A model generated the notes under the pieces. It saw only the letters and a program-made list of their open reading frames with translations. It did no database searches and was not told the DNA's origin. This document shows positions 13,326-24,929 of a DNA stretch of 64,000 nt, in pieces. The stretch is from Macrostomum lignano (Eukaryota), in NCBI GenBank assembly GCA_002269645.1, contig NIVC01000838.1, forward strand, positions 371,408 through 435,407, written 5' to 3'. A program made the translations under genes and the position numbers. The stretch's first letter is position 1, and each line of letters begins with the position of its first letter.

Positions 13326-14981
13326 ATGGGCAACGTCGCCGCCCCCCTGCTGGGCTGCTGCGGAGTTCGCCGGGACGACAGCTGCAGCTCCGGCAAGCCG
13401 CGGCTCGGCGGCGAGGATGCGGCGGAGGCGGCCTACAGGCAGCGGGCCACCATGGAGGACGCGGAGCTGGCGCTGCGCTACGAGCACGCCAGGTGCCTGC
13501 CGCCTGACCAGGAGGCCGAGCGCCTACTCGCTCTGGTCGACGAGCTGCAGGACTCGGCTGAGACCTTCCTGGACGACTGCCCGACATCGTCACGTCCGAG
13601 AAAGAGCGGCGGCCATGGCAAGTCCAGAGGCATTGGAGGCGGCGGCAAAGTCGTCCACGCCAATGGCGTCGGGAACGGCGGGTTTTCGACGCAGCGGAGG
13701 CCGCCGGCGAAGCCGCCCGAGTCAGCGGCCGCAGACGCAGCAGTGACGGCAGCTTTGGTGGCCGCGGCAACGGGCGCCGGAACCAATAAGTCAGCGACGA
13801 AATCTTCAGCGGGCGGTCGGCGACATCGACGACGAAAAGCGGAGCCGCCGACGGTGGATGAACCTGCGGCAGCTGCAACCACCGCTGCCGCAGCGACATC
13901 GGAGACGGTCTTGGCGGCGCAGATGTTTGTCGCCAAGAACCAGGCGGAGGTGGACGCCCTTCAGCAGCACAGCATCAAGGTTGACTCGCGAGCGCTCGGC
14001 GACATGGAGCGCCTGCGGGACGCCGGCTTCACCGATGAGATGCTGGCGGCGCAGGCGCTGCGGGACGAGCAGAGGGCCGGAGAGGAGGAGCGGGCGAGGC
14101 AGCAACGCGAAGCGGCCGAAGAGACTCGCCGAATCGCTGAGGCGGATGCGGTGGTGGCAGCGGCGGGGGCTGCAGCGGCTTCGGCGGCGGTGGCGGCGGA
14201 GGCGGCGGCGGAGGCAACGGAGGCGGCTGCTGAAGATCATCAGGAGAGGCAGGAGGAGCCGCTGGAGTCCGAGAATGAGAGCATCAGCGATGGCAGCGAG
14301 TGAGTGTTTTTGCTCTCACCTTGTTTTTGGGTGAGAGTGACAGAGAGATTGAGAGTGACAGAGAGATTGAGAGTGACAGAGAGATTAAGAGTGACAGAGA
14401 GATTGAGAGTGACAGTGAGATTGAGAGTGTCAGTGAGATTGAGAGTGACAGTGAGATTGAGAGTGTCAGTGAGATTGAGAGTGACAGAGAAATTGAGAGT
14501 GACAGAGAGATTGAGAGTGACAGAGAGATTGAGAGTGACAGTGAGATTGAGAGTGACAGTGAGATTGAGAGTGACAGTGAGATTGAGAGTGTCAGTGAGA
14601 TTGAGAGTGACAGTGAGATTGAGAGTGACAGTGAGATTGAGAGTGACAGTGAGATTGAGAGTGTCAGTGAGATTGAGAGTGACAGAGAAATTGAGAGTGA
14701 CAGAGAGATTGAGAGTGACAGAGAGATTAAGAGTGACAGAGAGATTGAGAGTGACAGTGAGATTGAGAGTGACAATGAGATTGAGAGTGACAGTGAGATT
14801 GAGAGTGTCAGTGAGATTGAAAGTGACAGAGAAATTGAGAGTGACAGTGAGATCGAGAGTGACAGTGAGATTGAGAGTGTCAGTGAGATTGAGAGTGACA
14901 GAGAAATCGAGAGTGACAGAGAAATTGAGAGTGACAGAAATTGAGAGTGATGGTGACTCAGAGTGAGAGGGAGAGTGCGGT

Positions 14982-15017
<36 letters not shown>

Positions 15018-15160
15018 GGAGAGTGAGAGTAAGAGTGAGAGTGAGAGTGAGGTTAAGAGTGAGTTTGAGAGTGAGAGTGAGAGTGAGAGTGAGTTTGAGA
15101 GTGAGAGTGAGTTTGAGAGTGAGAGTGAGAGTGAGAGGAGAGTGAGGTTAAGAGTGAGGT

Positions 15161-15195
<35 letters not shown>

Positions 15196-15381
15196 TTGAG
15201 AGTGAGAGTGAGTTTGAGAGTGAGAGTGAGAGTGAGAGGGAGAGTGAGAGTAAGAGTGAGAGGAGAGTGAGGTTAAGAGCGAGGTTGAGAGTGAGGTTGA
15301 GAGTGAGAATGAGAGTGAGAGTGAGAGTGAGAGGGAGAGTGAGAGTGAGAGTGCGAGTGAGAGTGAGGTTAAGAGTGAGTT

Positions 15382-15415
<34 letters not shown>

Positions 15416-18400
15416 TTTGAGAGTGAGAGTGAGTTTGAGAGTGAGTTTGAGAGTGAGAGTGAGTTTGAGAGTGAGTTTGAGAGTGAGTTTGAGAGTGAGT
15501 TTGAGAGTGAGAGTGAGTTTGAGAGTGAGAGTGAGAGTGAGGTTGAGAGTGAGAGTGAGTTTGAGAGTGAGTTTGAGAGTGAGTTTGAGAGTGGAGTGAG
15601 TTTGAGAGTGAGAGTGAGAGTGAGGTTGAGAGTGAGAGTGAGTTTGAGAGTGAGTTTGAGAGTGAGTTTGAGAGTGGGAGTGAGAGTGAGAGTGAGTTTG
15701 AAAGTGAGAGTGAGTTTGAGAGTGAGTTTGAGAGTGAGTTTGAGAGTGAGAGTGAGTTTGAGAGTGAGTTTGAGAGTGAGTTTGAAAGTGAGTTTGAGAG
15801 TGAGTTTGAGAGTGAGTTTGAAAGTGAGTTTGAGAGAGTTTGAGAGTGAGAGTGACGTTGAGAGTGAGGTTGAGAGTGAGAGAGAGGTTGGGAGTGAGAG
15901 TGAGGTTTGGGTGAGAGTGAGATTAAGAGTGAAAGTGCAAGTGAGATTGAGAATGGGATTGAGACTGACAGTGAGAGTGACCGACAGCAGGATTTGGGGG
16001 ACTAAACTAGTGGATATTTGGCACAGCATTGTAAGACAAGTCAGCACTGCAAACTTTATTTTTGGCCTCTCTCGTGTCCGTGGCGGTGGTGGTTGGAGAG
16101 GCGGTAATGTTTTGCAGACGCCAGGGGTCGGACTTCGACTTCTAAAATTGGTTTGCCTGATTTTCACTCTTGATCGCTGGGTGATGATCAAATTTCGTGT
16201 CTTCTAGTCATTTTTTCTTTTGCATGTAGAATGCTTTTGGCGCTGGCAGCTTTGGAAACACAGTCACTTGCTTCACCCCCTCCCTCTACCACTCCCTCTA
16301 CCTCCCCTCTACTACTCCCTCTACCCCTCCCTCTACTACTCCCTCTACCCCTCCCTCTACTACTCCCTCTACCCCTCCCTCTACTACTCCCTCTACCTCT
16401 CCCTCTACTCCTTTCTCTACTACTCCCTCTACCCCTCCCTCTACTACTCCTCTACCTCTCCCTCTACTCCTTTCTCTACTACTCCCTCTACCCCTCCCTC
16501 TACTACTCCCTCTACCCCTCCCTCTACCGCTCCCTCTACCCCTCCTTCTACCCCTCCCTCTACCCCTCCTTCTAACCCTCCCTCTACCCCTCCCTCTAAC
16601 CCTCCCTCTACCCTCCCTCTAACCCTCCCTCTACCGCTCCCTCTACCTCTCCCTCTACCCCTTTCTCTACCTCTCCCTCTACCCCTTTCTCTACTACTCC
16701 CTCTACCTCTCCCTCTACCCCTTTCTCTACTACTCCCTCTACCCCTCCCTCTACTACTCCCTCTACCCCTCCCTCTACTACTCCCTCTACCCCTCCCTCT
16801 ACCTCTCCCTTTACCCCTCCCTCTAACCCTACCTCTACCCTCGCTCTAACCCTCCTTCTACCCCTCCTCTAACCCTCCCTCTACCACTCCTCTACCCCTC
16901 CTCTACCCCTCCTCTACCCCTCCCTCTACCTCTCCCTCTACCCCTCCCTCTACCCCTCCCTCTAACCCTCCCTCTACCCCTCGCTCTACCCCTCCCTCTA
17001 CCCCTCCCTTTAACCCTCACTCTACCCCTCCCTCTAACCCTCCCTCTACCCCTCTCTCTAACCCTCCCTCTACCCCTCCCTCTACCCCTCCCTCTACTAC
17101 TTCCTCTACCACTCCCTCTACCCCTCCCTATTCCCCTCTCTCTAACCCTCCCTCTACCCCTCCCTCTACCCCTCTTTCTCCGAATTTCTGTTACTCGAAC
17201 CGTTCCCAATTCCTCTAAAGCTTCTCTGTCTGTCAATATCTATCGCCACTGGCATCTTAAAGCTGCATTGACCACTTTTTAATCCTTTGCCCCTCATTCG
17301 ACTGTAGCTTTACAACAAATTCAACTCCACAAAATTCATTCGAATCCCCCAATGCTCCATCCCAACCCCCCCACTCCGCATTCGCATTCGTGCGGGAATG
17401 CCACTTCTGGCACGGGTTTCTCTCCATCGCCCCATGTGGTCGCCATTTCAACTTGTCCAGCCATCCCCCCGCATTCGCAATAAATGAAGGTCGCAGCCGG
17501 GACTGAATTGTCAGAGAGTTGCCCCCTGTGGCTGAATTTGAAAACCGAAGACATTGCAAAGTTTGTTGCAAATGACTGCTGCGGCAAAGAAGTGCCTTGC
17601 CTGCTTTCCTTGCGACCGCCTGGCTAGCGTTGGGCAATTTAGTGGATTAAATGGGGAAATGTTTTTAGTAGTCCAGCTATAGACTTTATTTTGAATTTCG
17701 AAGAGGTCCAGCTGTTAGACTTTGCACTTTGAAGAGGTCCAGTTGATAGACAGTGCACTTTGAAGAGGTCCAGCTATTAGACAGTGCACTTTGAAGAGGT
17801 CCAGCTGTTAGACAGTGCACTTTGAAGAGGTCCAGCTGTTAGACAGTGCACTTTGAAGAGGTCCAGCTGTTAGACAGTGCACTTTGAAGAGGTCCAGTTG
17901 ATAGACAGTGCACTTTGAAGAGGTCCAGTTGATAGACAGTGCACTTTGAAGAGGTCCAGCTGTTAGACTTTGCACTTTAAGAGGTCCAGCTGTTAGACTT
18001 TGCACTTTGAAGAGGTCCAGCTGTTAGACTTTGCACTTTGAAGAGTCCAGCTGTTAGACAGTGCACTTCGAAGAGGTCCAGCTGTTAGACTTTGCACTTT
18101 GAAGAGGTCCAACTATTAGACAGTGCACTTTGAAGAGGTCCAGCTGTTAGACAGTGCACTTTGAAGAGGTCCAACTATTAGACAGTGCACTTTGAAGAGG
18201 TCCAGCTGTTAGACAGTGCACTTTGAAGAGGTCCAGTTATTACGCATTTCGTAACCCTTCGAACTCGCAGACGGAGGATGCCACAGCCGCAGCGGCCGCA
18301 GCCGAGCTGCAGGAGGCGGAGCGCGAGCAGCTGCTGCTCGAACAGGAGCGCCTTGAGCGCGAGCAGCAACTCGAACTCGAGCGCCTACGCCTGGAGCGCG

Positions 18401-18948
18401 AAGAACTCGAAGCTCGAGACGAATTCGAACGAGCAGCCGCAGCTGCCGGGGCGGCAGACGCGGCCGGAGGCGCTGCTGGAGGCCCGGAGGGCGGGCGAGA
18501 CGCACTGGAGGAAGCGGCCAGCCGAGGAGACAGCGGAGAGGAGACAGCGGATGGAGAGACTGGGTCGGAACTGGATGAGGAAGAAGAAGCGGAAGAAGAA
18601 GCGGAAGAAGAAGAAGAAGAAGAAGAAGAAGAAGAAGAAGAAGAGGAAGAGGAGGATGAGGAAGAAGATGAAGAATTCGATGACGCTGAAGAAGACTTGG
18701 AAGACGAGTATGAAGAGGCCGACGAAGAGCAGGAAGAGGAAGATGGCGACATGGACGAGGACGAGCCGGAACCGGAACCGGAACCGGAGCCGGAACCGGA
18801 ACCGGAACCGGAAGAGGAGCCAGAACCGGAACCCGAACCAGAGGAGCGCGAAGAAGAGCCGGACGACTATCGGATGATTAGCCGGACAGAAAATTTGCAG
18901 CAAGACTTGAATGGCTCCGTCGCAGCTAGTCCTTCGCCACCTCATTAG
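13326..18948 (+). CDS. Unknown acidic, Ala/Glu-rich coiled-coil protein with an N-terminal MG...CC putative acylation motif, probably two main exons (about 550 aa)
   Basis: GC-rich non-repetitive ORF 13326-~14300 ends at a GTGAGT donor-like site. A second GC-rich open segment starts after an acceptor (CTCGCAG|ACG, 18271) and stops at 18948. The phases differ by one base, needing either a missing G at the donor or a small exon such as 15991-16030. No family recognised. Confidence 0.6.
14335..15935. repeat. Purine-rich array: 18-bp unit (GAGAGTGACAGTGAGATT) to about 14940, then (GAGAGT)n and 12-bp GAGAGTGAGTTT units
   Basis: Direct reading; explains the EIESD, RVRV and SLSI ORFs. Confidence 0.95.
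16275..17172. repeat. ~12-bp repeat (CCCTCCCTCTAC family)
   Basis: Direct reading. Confidence 0.93.
17690..18236. repeat. 31-bp minisatellite (TTGAAGAGGTCCAGCTGTTAGACAGTGCACT)
   Basis: Direct reading; ends about 35 nt before the 18271 acceptor. Confidence 0.94.
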
Positions 18949-19187
18949 CATATGATAAATTATGCCTCGTTTATTATCTCTCATCCAGGTTTCTCTCTTA
19001 TAGTGCAGAAATGAAAAGATATCCAGTTTATCTGTGATTTTAGACCTGTATAAATCTATGTACAAATTTTTGTGCCTCATGCAAAAGAAATACATAATAG
19101 TGCGCTTTGCACTACTCAAGAAGATTTCTACTCAGTAGATTATTGGAATTTCGAAAATAATTTCGTTTTTTACTCTTTTTCTCTTTG

Positions 19188-22100
19188 CTAGCATCTGACA
19201 CAGTCTTAGTCAGGCACTTTGCTAGCATCTGACACAGTCTTAGTCAGGCACTGTGCTAGCATCTGACACAGTGCTTAGCTCAGAACTGTGCCTAGCAACT
19301 GACACAGTCTTAGTCAGACACTGTGCTAGCATCTGACACAGTCTTAGTCAGCCACATTGCTAGCCAATCTGACACAGTCTTAGTCAGGCACTGTGCTAGC
19401 ATCTGACACAGTCTTAGTCAGACACTGTGCTTCAGCATCTGACACAGTCTTAGTCAGGCACTGTGCTAGCATCTGACACAGTCTTAGTCAGACACTGTGC
19501 TTAGCATCTGACACAGTCTTAGTAGCACTGTGCTAGCATCTGACACAGTCTTAGTCAGACACTGTGCTAGCAACTGACACAGTCTTAGTCAGACACTGTG
19601 CTAGCATCTGACACAGTCTTAGTCAGGCACTGTGCTAGCATCTGACACAGTCTTAGTCAGGCACTTTGCTAGCGTCTGACACAGTCTTAGTCAGGCACTG
19701 TGCTAGCATCTGACACAGTCTTAGTCAGACACTGTGCTAGCAACTGACACAGTCTTAGTCAGACACTGTGCTAGCATCTGACACAGTCTTAGTCAGGCAC
19801 TGTGCTAGCATCTGACACAGTCTTAGTCAGGCACTGCTAGCGTCTGACACAGTCTTAGTCAGACACTGCTAGCGTTTGACACAGTCTTAGTCAGACACTG
19901 CTAGCGTCTGACACAGTCTTATTCAGACACTGTGCTAGCATCTGACACAGTCTTAGTCAGACACTGCTAGCGTCTGACACAGTCTTAGTCAGACACTGCT
20001 AGCATCTGACACAGTCTTAGTCAGACACTGTGCTAGCATCTGACACAGTCTTAGTCAGAAACTGTGCTAGCATCTGACACAGTCTTAGTCAGAAACTGTG
20101 CTAGCATCTGACACAGTCTTAGTCAGGCACTGTGCTAGCATCTGACACAGTCTTAGTCAGGCACTGCTAGCGTCTGACACAGTCTTAGTCAGACACTGTG
20201 CTAGCATCTGACACAGTCTTAGTCAGGCACTGTGCTAGCATCTGACACAGTCTTAGTCAGGCACTGTGCTAGCATCTGACACAGTCTTAGTCAGGCACTG
20301 CTAGCGTCTGACACAGTCTTAGTCAGACACTGTGCTAGCATCTGACACAGTCTTAGTCAGGCACTGTGCTAGCATCTGACACAGTCTTAGTCAGAAACTG
20401 TGCTAGCATCTGACACAGTCTTAGTCAGGCACTGCTAGCGTCTGACACAGTCTTAGTCAGACACTGTGCTAGCATCTGACACAGTCTTAGTCAGGCACTG
20501 TGCTAGCATCTGACACAGTCTTAGTCAGGCACTGTGCTAGCATCTGACACAGTCTTAGTCAGGCACTGCTAGCGTCTGACACAGTCTTAGTCAGAACTGT
20601 GCTAGCATCTGACACAGTCTTAGTCAGGCACTGTGCTAGCATCTGACACAGTCTTAGTCAGGCACTGCTAGCGTCTGACACAGTCTTAGTCAGACACTGT
20701 GCTAGCAACTGACACAGTCTTAGTCAGAAACTGTGCTAGCATCTGACACAGTCTTAGTCAGACACTGTGCTAGCATCTGACACAGTCTTAGTCAGGCACT
20801 GTGCTAGCATCTGACACAGTCTTAGTCAGGCACTGTGCTAGCATCTGACACAGTCTTAGTCAGGCACTGCTAGCGTCTGACACAGTCTTAGTCAGACACT
20901 GTGCTAGCATCTGACACAGTCTTAGTCAGGCACTGTGCTAGCATCTGACACAGTCTTAGTCAGGCACTGTGCTAGCATCTGACACAGTCTTAGTCAGGCA
21001 CTGCTAGCGTCTGACACAGTCTTAGTCAGACACTGTGCTAGCATCTGACACAGTCTTAGTCAGGCACTGTGCTAGCATCTGACACAGTCTTAGTCAGGCA
21101 CTTGCTAGCATCTGACACAGTCTTAGTCAGGCACTGCTAGCGTCTGACACAGTCTTAGTCAGACACTGTGCTAGCATCTGACACAGTCTTAGTCAGAAAC
21201 TGTGCTAGCATCTGACACAGTCTTAGTCAGGCACTGTGCTAGCATCTGACACAGTCTTAGTCAGACACTGTGCTAGCATCTGACACAGTCTTAGTCAGAC
21301 ACTGTGCTAGCATCTGACACAGTCTTAGTCAGGCACTTTGCTAGCATCTGACACAGTCTTAGTCAGACACTGTGCTAGCATCTGACACAGTCTTAGTCAG
21401 ACACTGTGCTAGCATCTGACACAGTCTTAGTCAGACACTGTGCTAGCATCTGACACAGTCTTAGTCAGGCACTGTGCTAGCATCTGACACAGTCTTAGTC
21501 AGGCACTGCTAGCGTCTGACACAGTCTTAGTCAGACACTGTGCTAGCATCTGACACAGTCTTAGTCAGAAACTGTGCTAGCATCTGACACAGTCTTAGTC
21601 AGGCACTGTGCTAGCATCTGACACAGTCTTAGTCAGACACTGTGCTAGCATCTGACACAGTCTTAGTCAGACACTGTGCTAGCATCTGACACAGTCTTAG
21701 TCAGGCACTTTGCTAGCATCTGACACAGTCTTAGTCAGACACTGTGCTTGCATCTGACACAGTCTTAGTCAGACACTGTGCTAGCATCTGACACAGTCTT
21801 AGTCAGACACTGTGCTAGCATCTGACACAGTCTTAGTCAGAAACTGTGCTAGCATCTGACACAGTCTTAGTCAGGCACTTTGCTAGCATCTGACACAGTC
21901 TTAGTCAGACACTGTGCTAGCATCTGACACAGTCTTAGTCAGGCACTGTGCTAGCATCTGACACAGTCTTAGTCAGAAACTGTGCTAGCATCTGACACAG
22001 TCTTAGTCAGAAACTGTGCTAGCATCTGACACAGTCTTAGTCAGGCACTGTGCTAGCATCTGACACAGTCTTAGTCAGGCACTTTGCTAGCATCTGACAC

Positions 22101-22872
22101 AGTCTTAGTCAGACACTGTGCTAGCATCTGACACAGTCTTAGTCAGGCACTTGCTAGCATCTGACACAGTCTTAGTCAGAAACTGTGCTAGCATCTGACA
22201 CAGTCTTAGTCAGAAACTGTGCTAGCATCTGACACAGTCTTAGTCAGGCACTGTGCTAGCATCTGACACAGTCTTAGTCAGGCACTTTGCTAGCATCTGA
22301 CACAGTCTTAGTCAGACACTGTGCTAGCATCTGACACAGTCTTAGTCAGGCACTGTGCTAGCATCTGACACAGTCTTAGTCAGAAACTGTGCTAGCATCT
22401 GACACAGTCTTAGTCAGGCACTGTGCTAGCATCTGACACAGTCTTAGTCAGGCACTTTGCTAGCATCTGACACAGTCTTAGTCAGACACTGTGCTAGCAT
22501 CTGACACAGTCTTAGTCAGGCACTGTGCTAGCATCTGACACAGTCTTAGTCAGAAACTGTGCTAGCATCTGACACAGTCTTAGTCAGAAACTGTGCTAGC
22601 ATCTGACACAGTCCTAGTCAGACACTGTGCTAGCATCTGACACAGTCTTAGTCAGACACTGTGCTAGCATCTGACACAGTCTTAGTCAGGCACTGTGCTA
22701 GCATCTGACACAGTCTTAGTCAGGCACTTTGCTAGCATCTGACACAGTCTTAGTCAGACACTGTGCTAGCATCTGACACAGTCTTAGTCAGGCACTGTGC
22801 TAGCATCTGACACAGTCTTAGTCAGAAACTGTGCTAGCATCTGACACAGTCTTAGTCAGGCACTGTGCTAGC
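19188..22872. repeat. 34-bp satellite (GCTAGCATCTGACACAGTCTTAGTCAGRCACTGT), over 100 copies
   Basis: Head-to-tail units without unique spacers. Confidence 0.97.
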
Positions 22873-23529
22873 AAAGTACGCGAGTAATAATGTTATTCGA
22901 AATTTTATAAGTTTTCAAGCAGTATTCAGCAGAAAAGCTGTAGATACTACTTTTCCATTAGACTGCAAGTAGTGCAGTGCAGTCAGCGCAATGATAGAAC
23001 AGTTACAGCATCAAAAACGGTGCTCAGTTTGTATTTTACACGAGCCTACAAAAAGCAAAAACTCAAAATTAGAACTCAGAGAAAAGCTGTGCGAATCGAA
23101 GTACCACAAACTTTCGCTTTGGTGTGCAGAATTTGAGTAGCAAAAATGAGGCAAACAATTGAAAGTAGGAAGACAGCTCAGATTAGAAGCGTGACAGTGA
23201 AATGATCTGACAGTATGTCTGTGACACTGTGAAATACAGTTTCAGAATGAAATTTTCTGCCGAAAAAAAAGCCGTCTTTTGCGCAAAGACAAATTTTTAT
23301 AAAGTGACAAATTGAATATGAAAACTGTAACATCCTGCAGGAAGTCCCCATTCTGGCAGGAGCAAATTCTAAGAAAAGCAGATTCTCGAAAAAGTAAATT
23401 TTGGAAAAAGTAGATTCTGAAAGAAGCAGATTCCAGAATATCCTGACAGAAGATTCTGACAAAAGCGTGTTCTTGCAGAAGAAGATTCTGGAAAACTTTT
23501 ATTCTGGAAGAATCAACTTTAAATAAAGA

Positions 23530-24770
23530 TTCTCTAAGAAGTAGATTCTGGAAGAAGCAGATTCTGGAAGAAGCAGATTCTGGAAGAGCAGATTCTGGAA
23601 GAAGCAGATTCTGGAAGAAGCAGATTCTGGAAGAAGCAGATTCTGGAAGAAGCAGATTCTGGAAGAAGCAGATTCTGGAAGAAGCAGATTCTAGAAGCAG
23701 ATTCTGGAAGAAGCAGATTCTGGAAGAAGCAGATTCTGGAAGAAGCAGATTCTGGAAGAAGCAGATTCTGGAAGAAGCAGATTCTAGAAGCAGATTCTGG
23801 AAGCAGATTCTGGAAGAAGCAGATTCTAGAAGCAGATTCTGGAAGAAGCAGATTTTAAAAGCAGATTCTTGAAGAAGCAGATTCTGGAAGAAGCAGATTC
23901 TGGAAGAAGCAGATTCTGGAAGAGGCAGATTCTGGAAGAAGCAGATTCTTGAAGAAGCAGATTCTGGAAGAAGCAGATTCTGGAAGAGCAGATTCTGGAA
24001 GAAGCAGATTCTGGAAGAAGCAGATTCTGGAAGAAGCAGATTCTGGAAGAAGCAGATTCTGGAAGAAGCAGATTCTGGAAGAAGCAGATTCTGGAAGAAG
24101 CAGATTCTGGAAGAAGCAGATTCTGGAAGAAGCAGATTCTGGAAGAAGCAGATTCTGGAAGAAGCAGATTCTGGAAGAAGCAGATTCTGGAAGAAGCAGA
24201 TTCTGGAAGAAGCAGATTCTGGAAGAAGCAGATTCTGGAAGAAGCAGATTCTGGAAGAAGCAGATTCTGGAAGAAGCAGATTCTGGAAGAAGCAGATTCT
24301 GGAAGAGCAGATTCTGGAAGAAGCAGATTCTCTAAGAAGTAGATTCTGGAAGAAGCAGATTCTGGAAGAAGCAGATTCTGGAAGAGCAGATTCTGGAAGA
24401 AGCAGATTCTGGAAGAAGCAGATTCTGGAAGAAGCAGATTCTGGAAGAAGCAGATTCTGGAAGAAGCAGATTCTGGAAGAAGCAGATTCTGGAAGAAGCA
24501 GATTCTGGAAGAAGCAGATTCTAGAAGCAGATTCTGGAAGCAGATTCTGGAAGAAGCAGATTCTGGAAGAAGCAGATTCTGGAAGAAGCAGATTCTGGAA
24601 GAAGCAGATTCTGGAAGAAGCAGATTCTGGAAGAAGCAGATTCTGGAAGAAGCAGATTCTGGAAGAAGCAGATTCTGGAAGAAGCAGATTCTGGAAGAAG
24701 CAGATTCTAGAAGCAGATTCTATAAGAAGCAGATTCTGGAAGAAGCAGGTTCTGGAAGCAGATTCTAAAA
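23530..24770. repeat. 16-bp minisatellite (GAAGCAGATTCTGGAA)
   Basis: Direct reading; explains the 518-aa RICFFQNLLLPESASS ORF. Confidence 0.96.
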
Positions 24771-24929
24771 GTTCCGATCCAATGCCGCTGTCGCACATGA
24801 ACCCATAATTTTCGAAGACATTTTTAAAAAATACCGCTCAATCAAGTCAAAAGCGAACTCGATGACACAAAACCGGAGCATTACAAAACAGCTACAAATA
24901 AGGCATCAGATGCTGACAGACACTCAGCC

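Noticed and set aside
14284-16849. EIESD, RVRV, SLSI and LPLP ORFs
   Set aside because: Simple-repeat translations in an intron-like region.
19188-22872. 34-bp partly palindromic repeats resembling a CRISPR array
   Set aside because: No unique spacers, no cas genes, eukaryotic context; it is a head-to-tail satellite.
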